64,000 nt of DNA from Balanoglossus misakiensis (lineage: Eukaryota > Animalia > Hemichordata), in the NCBI GenBank assembly GCA_040954595.2, contig CM082579.2, positions 14,670,550-14,734,549 on the forward strand, written 5' to 3'. How positions within the stretch are numbered: the first letter of the stretch is position 1; each line of letters opens with the position of its first letter. The translations under genes were made by a program, and so were the position numbers. Below are positions 40,801-53,775 of the stretch, one piece after another. Under the pieces are notes generated by a model. The model was given only the letters and a program-made list of their open reading frames with translations. It had not been told where the DNA came from and searched no databases.

Positions 40801-41928
40801 TACATTATCAGATCTCCGAAAGTGAAGAAAATATATAAATTTTGAGTGTTTTCTGAAAATGACGTTTTTGGGGCAAAAAGTGGCAAAAATGGCATTTTTT
40901 CTTGAGTAGGATCAATAAGACTGCTATTTCTGGAATTAGCACCATTTTTTACATAGTTTGAACACTTCATATATCACATGATCTCTGAGCTTTATGAAGA
41001 AAAGTTTGTTTTTAATTTTTTTTTCTAAAAACGGCCTTTTTGGGTAATAACTTTCCAAAAGGGCATTTTTGCATTAGGTTGGGTCAATAAATCTGCTTTT
41101 TTGGAATAATCACCAAGTTTTACATAGGATGGGCATATAAGTGAAGAAAATATATAAATTTTGAGTGTTTTCTAAAAATGACGTTTTGGGGCAAAAAGTG
41201 GCAAAAATGGCATGTTTTTTCTTGAGTAGGGTCAATAAGACTGCTATTTCTGAAATCAGCACCGTTTTTTACATAGAATGGACACTTCATATATCCAATG
41301 ATCTCTGAATATGAAAAACACAATTTATTTTTAGTTTTTTTGTAAAAATGACCTTTTTTGACCTCAAAAAGTGGCCAAAAATGGCATTTTTGTATTGATT
41401 GAGGTCAAAAAGACTGCTTTTTTTTTAAAGTCACCACTTTTAACATAGAATTGACTTTCCATATATCACCAGATCAACTATTATGAAGAAAACCGTGTTT
41501 TTAAATTTTTTTCTAAAAATGACGTTTTTTTGGCAAAAAATGGTCAAAAAGGCAATTTTCTGTTGTTTTGGGTCAATCGAACTATTTTTTTCGTAATATT
41601 CACCAAATTTTACATAGAATAGGCATATCATATGTCATCAGATCTTAGAATGTGACGAAAGTGTGTTTTTAGTGTTTTCTAAAAAAACACCATTTTTGGG
41701 TTAAAAATGGCCAAAATGGCAATTTTGTCTTGAGTGGGGTCAATAAGACTGACATTTTTGGAATCAGCGCCATTTTTTACATAGAATGGACCTCTCAAAC
41801 CTTCCTTACCAAAAATTCTGATTAACGGCATCTAGCTCCTGGACTAGGTCCCCTGCCCCATTCCCACTGCCATCGGCGCTACGCTCAAGGGCGCAGCCAG
41901 CGGTGGGAATGGGGCAGGGAACAGACTA
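37839..41928. mobile_element. Small TAG-terminal MITE with 9-bp TSD (Academ-like), interrupted by the foldback element
   Basis: cttcacttg|tagtctg ... cagacta|cttcacttg; GC-rich palindromic body at 41846-41928. Confidence 0.7.
37856..41838. mobile_element. ~4-kb foldback element with >1-kb inverted arms built of ~120-bp subrepeats
   Basis: gagataggtgccgttaatcagaatttttggtaaggaaggtttgaga (37856) mirrors tctcaaaccttccttaccaaaaattctgattaacggcatctagctc (ends 41838); mirrored ORFs 38066..38257+ and 41440..41631-; no transposase. Confidence 0.9.
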
Positions 41929-42032
41929 CTTCACTTGTGGAATAAAGTGCTCATTTCTTGTGTATCTGCATTTTGTCGATGTTATCGCTCCTCTGGCAGA
42001 GAAGCCAGGGTGCTAGCTGTTGGCTTTAATAA

Positions 42033-42285
42033 GGGACTGTTCAGAATTTACTTCCAGGGGGCGGAGAATTTTCAGAGGGGGGTGGGACCACCCATTTTCT
42101 CCAAGACAAATTAGGGGAGACTAGACATAAAAGTCACAATAGGGGGACCATGGAAAATCCCCAGGAAATTTAAGGGGGGACCACATATTTCCTCCACAAT
42201 TTACTAGGGGAGACCATGGGAAAAAATCACCAGGAAAATAAAAAATCCTCCATCCCCAACTTGGAAGTAAATTCTGAACAGTCCT
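42033..42285. mobile_element. MITE (PIF/Harbinger-like)
   Basis: TIRs ggactgttcagaatttacttcca and tggaagtaaattctgaacagtcc. Confidence 0.75.
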
Positions 42286-44046
42286 TCATGGTTGTTTGTT
42301 TGTTTGTTTGCCTGTTTGTTTATTCGTATCTTTGTTTGTTTGTGTATTCTATCTCATTTAATATGATGCTTCTGTCACATTTGGCATTTACTGTCGCATA
42401 AACAATGACCGAACCGACTCGACTGCGTTTGGATGCACGATGGACTTAAGAGTGAATCCATCGGTGTTTACCGGCCAAAACAAAACCGTTTGATTTCTTT
42501 AACACTGTTGCAACAAGTGAGACCCTAGTACATATAGTATATAAATCAGAAGTCCGGTGCATGTTTGCCAGTGACACCTACCACAAAATGGTATCGCCCA
42601 AATAATGTTGGGCGCGCCCGTGGAAGTTATAAGCCCGGCGCTTTTTCCTCATGATTAATAAAACAGTTAACACAACATTGGAAATTCAGCCAATTTGTCC
42701 CTGTTTTGTAGAAATAGTGCGAGCTATACATGGCGAAAAGTTTTTCAAAAAATAGATCAAAATGGGAATTCAAATTAGTGAATATTATTGGCACTTACAG
42801 AGTTTTAATTCAAAATAGAGGATTCATTCCAATGAATATGCAAGTCAAGAAGTCACATAGGGATCATGAAAATGACCTATTGATCATGTCATGATGATTA
42901 TGTACAAGAGAGAAGTAAAAAACTGGTTATTGCTTGAATTTCATGTTTCTTTTTAATCAGATGTAGTCAACAGTCTTTCAACAAGTCTATAACATGATTT
43001 TGAAATGATTTTCAAAAGTACACAATTCCATATGAAAATGTTACTTTAAGATTTGTAAATTTTTCTGTATATTTGAGTTCACGTGCATAGGCTGACTCAA
43101 ACATTCTTTGCATCAACATTTACCGTCCTTTCAAAAATCTTGCCTGTAGTCCAGGTTTTACATTTGCACTTAATAGCATTATAACACCATCATGTCATCC
43201 ACATGTTACCCTCACAGCCAGTCACTGTGTGTATATTGTGATTCATGAAGTACATGTAGTGCTACATATTTTTGTGGAGATGAGACACACACACACATAG
43301 CAACCGATAGACAGACTGCTTGATAATATGCTCTGACTGATCCCTAAAGCTGAAACTTGTATGTGTTTGTACATACAACACAAAGGAACTAAAAATAGGG
43401 CATTCACATAGGGACCATTGAAAGTTTTCTGAAACATCTCAACTCAAACATTGACATAAAAAATACTTTGTGAACAATTAAAGTCTTCCTGGAACGTTTC
43501 AGATTTGAGACGGTTTTGCCAGCCAGACCTGATCCGGTGTAATGATTAACACCTCTTCGCAACCCATTGTCTATGGGGCCGAGCCTCGCAGTGCCTATAC
43601 ATAAACTTTGTGTGTGTGGACACAAACGACTCAAAGGATTAATGCTCTGTGTTTACCATAGGCAAATAGTGTCTCAAATTTTTCCCTGCCTGAACCTGGT
43701 ATCTGAAATGTTTCTCATTTTACCCAGTGTAAACATGGTGAAAGACAAAATGTCCTATACCTGTATAACATAGATCATAAATTTATAATACCAGGGTTTA
43801 CTTGGTCTGATTGAAGCTCTGTAATTGGTTGAAGCAAGGGTTTTTATTACATATGTACCGTCGATTACTTGCACCGAGCGCGCGCGTAACATCGGTATTT
43901 GCACTCAGTGCAATACCAAAAACATTATGCTATACCTGTATGCAAATGAGTGGCCTGTTCACGAAACAAGCAATATCATTCCGCGGTCTCATTTCTTTCA
44001 TTTTCGGTCTTTTTTTCAAAATGGGATGAACATATGTAATAAAAAC

Positions 44047-44237
44047 AGAACCCCATGGCTCAATCGTGCAAGCACGGCGTACCGGTAGTATTTGCACTCG
44101 TGCTGGCGGTGTATTCTTGCTGCCCCCCGCACTCGCTGTCGCTCGTGCGGGGGACGGGCGCAAGAATACACCGCCAGACACTCGATGCAAATACTACCGT
44201 TACGCCGTGCTTGCACGATCGGGCCATGGGGTTCTGT
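44047..44237. repeat. ~190-bp imperfect GC-rich palindrome (probable MITE end)
   Basis: cagaaccccatggctcaatcgtgcaagcacggcgta...gtagtatttgca is mirrored by tgcaaatactac...tacgccgtgcttgcacgatcgggccatggggttctg. Confidence 0.85.
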
Positions 44238-44947
44238 CATAACATTCTCTACTAGAAGACCTGAACAGTAAATAACTGAAATAAAATACACAAAAGAGAA
44301 TGCATCTGAATAGAACACAATTTATTAACTTGGATTGGTCATGGGCATCAGGGCGCTCTACTTAAGAAATTCTAGAACATGTTTGTACAAGTGGCATTTT
44401 CATGAGCAGTGAGCAACGAGGCCTTTCTGGCATGTAATACTTAAAATCCAAACATCAGATTTTTTATCACACAAAATCATATTATATATAATGACATTAT
44501 AAATGGTGTGCGCTTATATTTGGTTACGGATTTAAAACCTCTTTGAGGAAAATTTTGCAGAGAGGTCTTGTATCTACAACCAAATAACCACTATGTTCAT
44601 ATCATTCAGATTGCTCAGTACTATCAGCGAGTTCACCAGTGGTTTCCAGAAATCTATAGGCTAAACATATGCCATTTTCATTGTGCCTCCCCCCATCTAT
44701 TTCAATACAATAAATAATGGCTGGCTTGATTTTTCACCAGGACTTTTCAACAATAGTTTTTGTTAAGATATAGACAACATTCCAGATGTGTATGAAAACT
44801 CGAGGAAAATAATAACATTTGACCTGTCATCAGTTGTGAATTAATTAAATATTTTCATAAACTACACATTATAATCAAATTTAAACTCGTATGTAATGAA
44901 TAATCGTCTCAACATAAGAGCTGCTAAGGCTAGACTCAACAGCACTA

Positions 44948-45436
44948 TCAACACGAAAGAATTACTATTTTCTTGCTGACGTATCTGGCGATTATTCTGA
45001 TTTGATAGTGTGTCGTTTCTTCTTCTGGGTTGCTCATACCCTTGCTGGCTGACATTTCTTTGTCGTATGTTTGTCTCTGTGGTAGCATTGTCATTGGCAT
45101 TTCTCTGGGGGTGTTTTCTGTGTTGGCAGTTGCAGGTTCTGGTGCTAGGGGAGTGTTGACATCTGCCTGGGGTGTTGCATCGGCTGGCGGTTGAACGGTG
45201 TTGTCGTTGTTCGATGCCGCATCTCTGTGTCGTGGCGGCTGTCCGGCTCCTGCAAACGCAGCGTACTGAGACACGAATGGGTTCGGGTATGACATCTGCT
45301 GGAAGTGTTGCTGGTATGCTGCGGCTGGATAGGGTGGGGGTTGTTGGTTCGCAGAAGCTACAGGCTGGGGTGTGTTTGTGCTTGTGCTTGTTGTGGCAGT
45401 ATCAGCAGAGGTTGCTATGCTTTTCTTTGTCTCTTC
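44948..45436 (-). CDS. Putative orphan coding exon, low-complexity Pro/Gln/Thr/Ala-rich, with a PPPY motif
   Basis: Strong acceptor ttctttttatcctccacag|GAA at 45436. The phase-0 frame is open for ~162 codons (EETKKSIATSADTATTSTSTNTPQPVASANQQPPPYPAAAYQQHFQQMSYPNP...) and GC is raised over the flanks. The 3' end is uncertain (stop at 44948 or a weak donor near 44980). Confidence 0.55.
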   Translation of the reverse strand, partial: EETKKSIATSADTATTSTSTNTPQPVASANQQPPPYPAAAYQQHFQQMSYPNPFVSQYAAFAGAGQPPRHRDAASNNDNTVQPPADATPQADVNTPLAPEPATANTENTPREMPMTMLPQRQTYDKEMSASKGMSNPEEETTHYQIRIIARYVSKKIVILSC

Positions 45437-47776
45437 CTGTGGAGGATAAAAAGAACACAGTGTTTTTGCAAAGGTCGGGGAACACTGGTAATGGATTTGG
45501 GAACCCCGTTAATATTCCTATAACCTCCTAATATAACCACATTGATACACCCAGGGGAACCCCGGTAAAATGACTGGGGAACTCTGGTAGACTGCCTGAC
45601 CACTGTGACATTGGCCTTGTTCTGTTGTTTTAATTCGGAGTGACTGGGGTACTCCGGTAGATTTTATCTAGGTACCGCCCTTAACAAAAACACTAGAACA
45701 GAATCACAATTTGGAAGGCATGAGAGGCAAATACCATTTAAGGATGTACACGCACAACATAAACTGATAAACAGTGCATGTGTGTCTGTTCCTGAAAGGA
45801 TTACATCGATAATTGCCAGAAAACAAACTTCTACTATTGTCTTTTTCACGAAATTTTACACATAGCTCAGACAAGTAAACGTAAATTCATTGGTCAAAAA
45901 AAATTATGTGGTCACCAAGCTCTATTATGAGATAAATTACGTTAAAATCTTCGCCAATAGACAAACCATTGGTGAAAAATGCTGAGACAGCAAATTTCTT
46001 CTATTATCAACTAAATTCATGGCTCTGTATTTTTTTTAAAAAGGGCAATGACCCCTACAATTTTTAACGGATTCTCATTATACATACACAGCATAATCCA
46101 AAAATCCACAATTAAAAGAATGACAATACTTTCAACGTGTATAATACCAGCATACACCTGTTTCAAGTCCAGTGTCCTAATACACCATCATCATGAATTG
46201 GAACTCAAAGCAAGGCCAATGAGCAAACCCAGATTGACAACTCATTACACCAGCAAAGTGGTTTCTTTATGGAAGTGGTGGTACCAATAAATACTTTATT
46301 CAAGGTAAGAATTTCTTATTGTAGCAGTATTTTCATTTCCATTCATGTTTTAAAGGCCTTTTTTGTAGATTCTGAGTTTCTATGCCAGACAAAGTATGAT
46401 TATTTTTCCACTAATGCAGCCTGAATTAAAGTCAACATTTTTCACCATAGGTCTTTCTATGTTATTTTTCTATAGGCATGGACACATTTAAGTTTATCTC
46501 AAAACTGAGCACAGTGGTGAGCCTACAACTTATATGAATCACTCAATTTAATTTCATTTGGATGAGTTATGAGTGAAACTTCTTAAAATTACAATAGTAG
46601 AAAAGGGTTTTCTATCAATTCTTAATGTTATCCTATGGGAAGAAACACATTCCATGAGCTCATACATGTAGTGTGTGCCATTCTTAACCCTTTCAGTATT
46701 ATATGAATCAGATATAGAAGCTTGTTCAACGTCCCGTTGCGGCCAAGCCAATCAGATTGCACGTTATGTCAATCAAAACTGAAGGATACCTAAAGTTCTC
46801 TATAAGGCACCGTCTGATTGGTTTACTAGAGTTTTCAACGGGAGCTTCTATGGGAGTTGGTCAGATGTAGTGTGAGGCGACAGTATAAGAATACCGTACT
46901 GCGAAGTAAAAGACGTCGCCGTACCCTACATCTGATTTTAATCAGATTGTATGCACACATAAGCTGGTTTAGAATACTGATAAACCCTGATGAAACAATC
47001 TCAGTAAAATATATACAGATGAGAATGAGAATGCAGTTAAAGTTAAATATACATTCGTTGTATCTTTTGGCTTTATTTCCAGTATTTTTGTTCTATGTAG
47101 CAAATGCGATTTCATGTTCTACTCCACACAGATTATTACTTGTCAGCACAGAATGTATGTGTATAATGGCCATTGTCATTGTTGACAATAATTCATGGAT
47201 TCTAGTCTGGACTTAAATTCCAATTTGGCACAATAACAATGCTGACCATACACATATATGTTTCATCATGTTTCGGGAATTTGCACAAGAAACTGCTAAA
47301 CAAAGATACTGAAAACAAAGGAAAAAGGTAAAGGTAATGGAGCTTTAATTACAATTCACACTGTATACAAAATCCATGTAAAAATTCAAAATACTGGATT
47401 TGTCAGCTTCAACTGATATGGGGGTCACACAAGAAATTGCTAAAACGTCTCAGATCAAATACTGGCATAAATTATTATTGGTGAATGGTTTAAGTGGTCC
47501 TGAATCTTCTCAGATTTGAGACACGTCTCTTACCAGGTTCACACAGGGTAAAATTTGAGACACTATTAGTATATGGTAAACACAGAGCGTTAATACTTTG
47601 GGGGGGGGGGGGGGGGGTTAGCTGGGCAGACCCGCCCTCCTTTATTTTTTGCCACCCTGCTATCTTACGCGCCGCCCTGCTTTCTTTTCATTCCCGCCTT
47701 GGTAAATATTTATTGTTTCTGGTGCACGCTCCCGCATGCGGCTGGCATTTGAGAGAATGATATTTATTCAGTTTAG

Positions 47777-48868
47777 GGATGTTTTGTCGCCTTTGTACAA
47801 AACACAAGCAGAAGGCCAAGTGCGGAGGGACTTGGGTTACAACATCTCCATGTACATGTACCACCCTTCGCGAAGACAAACTCAAGCAGCATGAAGAGAC
47901 GATTATCGACCGGGCGGCAATGCAGCTTGACGCCGAGGCAGCAGTTATCGAGAACAGCAGCGGTCTTGTGGCTGCATTTGACAAGGTCATCACCTTTGAG
48001 ACGCAAGCCTTCATGCATCGGCGTCCTACGATGCATGTATTTTCTCATGCACAGAGAATTGCCGCACACCACCAACTTCATCCATGTTTTGGAATTGGCA
48101 AAGTCCCTCGGGTGTTCATTCCTTGGTACTCTCAGCAGTGATGACCACAACTATAATGGTTTATTGCATTGGTAAGTAGGTCTACTGATTTTTGTGCAGA
48201 TCTAAATTGTAGGCAATGTAGTGACATTTATTTAAACCTGGTTGTTTTCAAGAAAGGATCACTGTTTAAGCAATAGTGTTACACTCAATAAATAATAATT
48301 ACTGTACAAATTACTGTGAATTTTGATAAGTTTAATCTGAAGAGTAATTTTCATTTATTTCATTTTTCAGGCAAAGTCATCCGTGATGAGATTTTAGAGA
48401 AGATGAAAGGAAGTAACTTCTATTCACTGTTAATAGATGAAAACAACTGATGTGGCTGTATTGAAGCAATTAATCATCTATTCCAAGTACACCTTGAAGT
48501 CTGGGAAGTCAGTTGTGTCTTTCCTTGGAGTTAAAGAAGTAAGTGGAAAGTTTTTCAATTTTTAAGTCTACACTGAATTAAAAACATACGATTAAACATG
48601 TTTTTGAGTGACCTCATTTAATTGATTTTGCTGACTAGTTATTTCAGGTGAGACAAACATTGAGTTGTACATTGCATGTGTTAACATCAAGGTTTTATTT
48701 TCACTGTTTTAGGTTGGTGATGGCAGAGCAGACACCATTGCACAGTCAGTGAAAGAGTTTTCTTCAGAGAATGGTATTGTCTTAAGAGATCGTCTGTCTG
48801 CTTTGGGCAGTGATGGTGCTCCTGTTATGCTAGGACAGAAAGGAGGGGTGGCTACCAAACTAAAAGAA
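47777..48868 (+). pseudogene. Intron-containing hAT-family transposase fragment (ZNF862/KIAA1586-like), frameshifted
   Basis: Exon ~47777-48171 (MFCRLC..W..C...KLKQHE zinc-finger-like, then CMYFLMHRELPHTTNF after a frameshift); exon 48371-48538 (FYSLLIDE/TTDVAVLKQLIIY with a +1 frameshift); exon 48713-48868 (GDGRADTI...GSDGAPVMLGQKGGVATKLKE). GT-AG introns. Confidence 0.85.
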
Positions 48869-49677
48869 GTGAGTGAAATTTTGAGTTGTGAAGACATTGT
48901 GATTTTGTAAGTTTTTAGTTGGTGTCTTTATATCGTGACAATAATAATAGTAATAATTAAAGCTACAAGCAGCATTGAAGGGGCCCAAGCATAGAGATAA
49001 TAACCATTAGACTCCATTCAGGGTTGTACCATTCAATTGCGTAGGCTGTATTTGCTCTGGATGTGGAGATATGGGGAAGTAGGCAACCACCCGAAATGGA
49101 TGTCCTACAAGTACAAACACAACAACCACAAGTGAACTTCTACGTTATGTAAGGACTTCAGTTAAGTACTTCAAAGGTCAGCTGAGGGTACCCAAAAATT
49201 GGGCCAAAAATTTGGATTCCTATTTGGTTCATATTCAAGACAACGGAAAATTCTCGCCCTTTGGGTTTTTAAAATTAGGTATGGCCATAATAATGAGTTA
49301 CGCAAGTAAGTTACAGGTGGCCCTAGGAATTTAGCATTTCATGACGGTCCTACCCTACCCCTCGAAACACGTGGCTATATATGATGTGCATGTTAACATA
49401 TGGAAAGCAGGTCAATGGACACCTGAGGTCATTCAAAAATTTGACAGAAAAATTTCATTCCTGTTTATGTCTTGTGCAACAAATCCTACATTTGCAGCCC
49501 TTTCACTTTGCCTAACATTAGGTATGCACGTAATACATGAATCAAGCAGGTGTCAAAGGTATCCCCCTGTATTTGGCATTTCATGATAGTTTCATCCCTC
49601 CAAATACCAAAGCTGCACCTGTACAACGGGATGAGATATGGCACTGTATGACAGAGGTCATCCAAATCACCTTATAC

Positions 49678-50535
49678 ATCAATCAATCAATCAATCAGAG
49701 AAATTTGTATAGCGCCAGTATCTATAACAAGTGTCATACTCAAAGGCGCTTGTGCTCATTGGCCCACACCATATGCTCTTGCAAAATAATGCGTCTTCAG
49801 TCTTTTCTTAAAGATACTCAAACTTGGAGCTTGACGAATGTTCCACAGTTTCGTTGCAGCATGAGAGAATGCTCGGCCACCGTATGAAGAACGTTTGTAC
49901 ATTGTAGTGCATAAAAGGCTCTTATTAGCTGAACGAAGCCTGCGACCAGGAGAATATGTCCGAATGAGATCGCGGATATAGTTCGGAGCGAGATTATTTA
50001 AGGCTTTGTATGTGAGCAGATTTATTTTATACTCTATCCTGTGGCGAACTGGTAACCAATGAAGAAGTTGAAGAACTGGCGTTATATGGGCAGACTTCCT
50101 GGACCGAGTTATGATTCTTGCAGCTGTATTTTGTGTGCGTTGTAGAAGGTTCAGACTGCGTTCTGGTATACCATACAGTAATGCATTACCATAGTCGAGT
50201 TTCGCTGCCAAAATAGCATGAATCACTGTTTGACATGTTGCTTTGTTAAGAAATTTCCTGATTTGTCCGACACGGCGAAAGTGGTAATATATTGATTGAC
50301 AAGTTTTCTTGATGTGATCTTTATACATGTGCGTATTGTCAAATATTACACCAATATTGCGAGCTGATTTAACGACGGGAACAGAGCTTGAACCAATGGT
50401 AATCTTGTCAATAGCATCAGCAGAGTGATGAAATTGTGAACGAATAAGTAGAATCTCAGTTTTTGGAGTCGTTGAGTTGAAGCTTGTTTTGGGTCATCCA
50501 GTCCTTAAGATCACGGATACAGGCCTCAATGGACA
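49678..50535 (-). mobile_element. 5'-truncated L2/CR1-group LINE
   Basis: ORF 49756..50328 (KLDYGNALLYGIP, HITPVLQLLHWLPV, FKKRLKTHYF); upstream WMTQNKLQLN/KTEILL; (ttga)n tail at 49678-49696. Confidence 0.9.
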
Positions 50536-51235
50536 TTTGGGCAAAAACCAACTGACACTTACATTCGTCCCTGTGGAACAAAAACCACACCTATCGCCCT
50601 GTTGGTTAGTGTCTAATTAAATGTACAAAATCAATGACTTAGGCAGGTGCAACAGACGACCCCGCCTTTGGTATATCATTATGGTCCCATCCGTATATGC
50701 CCCCCCCCCCTCCCAAGCCAAAGCTGCATGCATCTGCTGTGGATGCTCACTAAGCAAAAGTAGGTGAAAGGTCACATAAGGTCGCCCACAACTTGACGGG
50801 AAAATCGGACTTCATATTGATCCATGTGCAACAAATAGCACGCTACCACCCCTTTCATTGACCCCACAATTACGCATGCACATAATTATTGAGTTATGCA
50901 GGTGTCACAGGTGACACCCGAATCGGGTGTATTATTTTAGTCCCATACAGCTGCATGTAGCTGCGTGCCGTTACGGGCGACCTGATAACCCACACGGCCA
51001 CCTGCGGGCCGACCCCCATACTGAACGTCCAGTTGCAACATCACGACTGAAGTAGGAACTTTTGAACGGCAACGAAGCCTGATCTCTGATTATTGCTGGT
51101 ACCATACTCCTGTCGTGCAAGAAAATCACTGGTCTGCTGACGTATTTCAGCCAATTTCCCAAACTACTATCCACTACATGTGACTACAATGCTAATGAAA
51201 CCTCCCACAACATTAGCGACTTAGGGTCAAAGTCC

Positions 51236-53775
51236 ACTGTTTTAAATTTTTTCATCGGTTTTACTTTAAAGGATGCCCACAAATTGCAACAGTAAATATT
51301 ACTACAATATGCCAAAAATAAAACTTTCTTCACATCTTGACTAAAATGTTGAAAATGTCTCAATAGCATGTTTGCTCTAACACAAAATGCTCTTCTCTGT
51401 CGTTCAATATCTTCATTATCACAACCCTCACAAGATATAACATGGCCCAGATAGGTGTGTACAGGTACAAACTTTAAAGTGATGTCATTAAGTTTAACCG
51501 AAGGAATTCTTTGAACGCTCATATTCTTCCCATTAAAAAGCATGCACACAGTTTTACTAGAATTATAAATTATATCATAATCATTGCCATAAATTTCACA
51601 AATTCTAAGAAGACGGTGTAGACCCTTAATACTTGGACTGAGTAGAGTCATGTCGTCAGCGTAACCTAAAGTGTTAGCGCTGACACCACACATGGTACAG
51701 CCAACTTTGGCTTTACAGAGTGCATTGATAAGATCATCAATGTAGACATTAAAAAGATAGGGAGAGAGTACTCCCCCTTGTCTTACACCGTTAGAAACAG
51801 AAAACAACTCTGAGGTTTCATTACCCCACAACACAGTAAACAATTGATTTCTGTACCATTAAAGGTCACATGTCATGCTTTGGAAAGTTTTCATTTTTCC
51901 ACGTCAAAAGCTCACCTAGGGTACCTGTCTATGCATTGCCTATTGTGACGGTTCCGAAAAATGTGCACGAATGCCGGAATTTGCCACCTTTTTTCATGCC
52001 TGTGATCGGGGAGCCACTTCGCACTCGAGCCAGGCGAAGGTATTTGCATATGGACAAACAAGTACACTATGTCGTAGTGTACCATTCTGTTGACAGTAAA
52101 GTGTAATTATCGGTCCATGAGTAATTAAGTCCACAGACAAAGATAAGCTATATAAACAGTGTTCAAAGCAAAGGAAGCCCTTGCCTCACATTGCAGGCAG
52201 AGGATTTACAAAGGTGTGAAAGACTATTTGTCCACATCAAGATAAGTCTTCGGCTTAACTTCGAAAAGCCAAAAAAAATCGACTGAGTTGGGTTAGGGGT
52301 ACACGCCCACCCGCCACTTTTACTTGCTTGTTATCTAAGCACAAGGGGCAAAACGCATTGCAAGATAGTAACATACGTTAACTTCAAGACCCAAATAGTG
52401 ATTTTACGCGTGGTTGTATAGGGCATGGCATGGGACCTTTAATATAAAATTCGTACAGCATACAAGGGAACATTCCTGTCGATGAGCTTGTTAACCAGTT
52501 TAAAGTGATTAACTCTGTCAAAAGCTTTTGAAGCATCCAGAAAACAAGTAAACACTGGTCTTCCATTGCTGGTGTAGTAGCTAATGATTTCTTTAAATGC
52601 AAATAAACACAGGTCAGTTGAATGTTCTCGCTTGAAACCAAATTGTAAATAATGAGAGGTAAGAAACTCCTCACAACGAGAAAGTAAAATAGGCTCAAAA
52701 ACTTTAGAGAAAACAGTTGCTAGTGCTATCGGCCGGTAGTTACTGGCATCACTACAAAGCTTAGTTTTATCCTTAATTGGAACTAAAATAACGTTGATAG
52801 CCTCAGTTTGCAGGTAACCATGAACAATCAAGTCAAAATGGGTAAAATAGAGGAGTCTGAGAATTTGAGGTGCTCAGCTGAAATATTGTCAATGCCAGCT
52901 GTCTTATCGTCAGGTAACTTATGTATAGCAGAAATTACTTCTTCTTCAGAAACATACATATCAGAAGAAAATTTAACATACTTCATTTTCTCCTCGATGT
53001 CATTTTTACCAGTCTGAGCCTGGACAGAATTCAAAATATCACTGAAATGCTTGTGCCACATAATTGCAATTTCACTCTCACCAGTCGCTCCACCTACAGT
53101 GTCAGAAAGCGGCATTTTTCTGCTAGTTTGCTTTCTGACTTCCTTCCAGAAGTCGTTCTGTTTGTGGCAGCGTAAATTGTCAGCCATCTTGTCAGCCCTA
53201 TTTTGATTCTCAATCTTTTTACAAGCACGTAAAGCATACTTAAAACGAGCTCTGGAAGATTTCATGGTTTCAAAAAGCGGGCCTTGTTAAGGTTTACCCC
53301 CATTAACCCATAATAAAAACATGGAACGGGCATAGTCGTGACTTTCTTTTACAAAATCGTTCCAGCCAGGCACAACATGAACTTTCTGGTGAAACTTACG
53401 CCTAATGGTATCTTTTGCAGCACAATTCAATGCGTCCACAACACTACTATAACAAGTATCAATTGCCTGTAAATGCGAAGGGTATGTACAGTTCACATTA
53501 GTGCAGAATAACTCTTCGGATAAATTAATCTTATCAACCTTGGCTTTGGTACAACGGGTGTAGGCGGATATATTCTGCTGTGACAATTTTTTCCAATCAA
53601 CTCGAAAATTACATTGCTTGAAGGAACTACTGCTGAAGCATTCATCAGCAGAAGTGTTGAAATGAACCTCTATTGAAACAGGAATATGGTCGGAGTCAAC
53701 AACATTGCAAAGACTCGAAATTGAAAGAACATTGCTATAAAAAATTTTTGTGGTAACACAGTGGTCAATCCAAAC
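51236..53775 (-). pseudogene. LINE ORF2 internal fragment (APE C-terminus plus RT; RTEX-like, tentative), disrupted
   Basis: WIDH...SDHIPVS, VPGWN, FKYALR, NYRPIAL, QFGFK, FLDASKAFDRVNH, GVRQGGVLSPYLFNVYIDDL, GYADD, YLG; in-frame stops, a frameshift and a MITE insertion. Confidence 0.92.
51863..52438. mobile_element. MITE with TTAA TSD (Kolobok-like) inside the RT domain
   Basis: ttaa|aggtcacatgtcatgc ... gcatggcatgggacct|ttaa; the RT reading frame rejoins when it is removed. Confidence 0.88.

Noticed and set aside
43811-44318. Cluster of ORFs on both strands
   Set aside because: Explained by the GC-rich palindrome.
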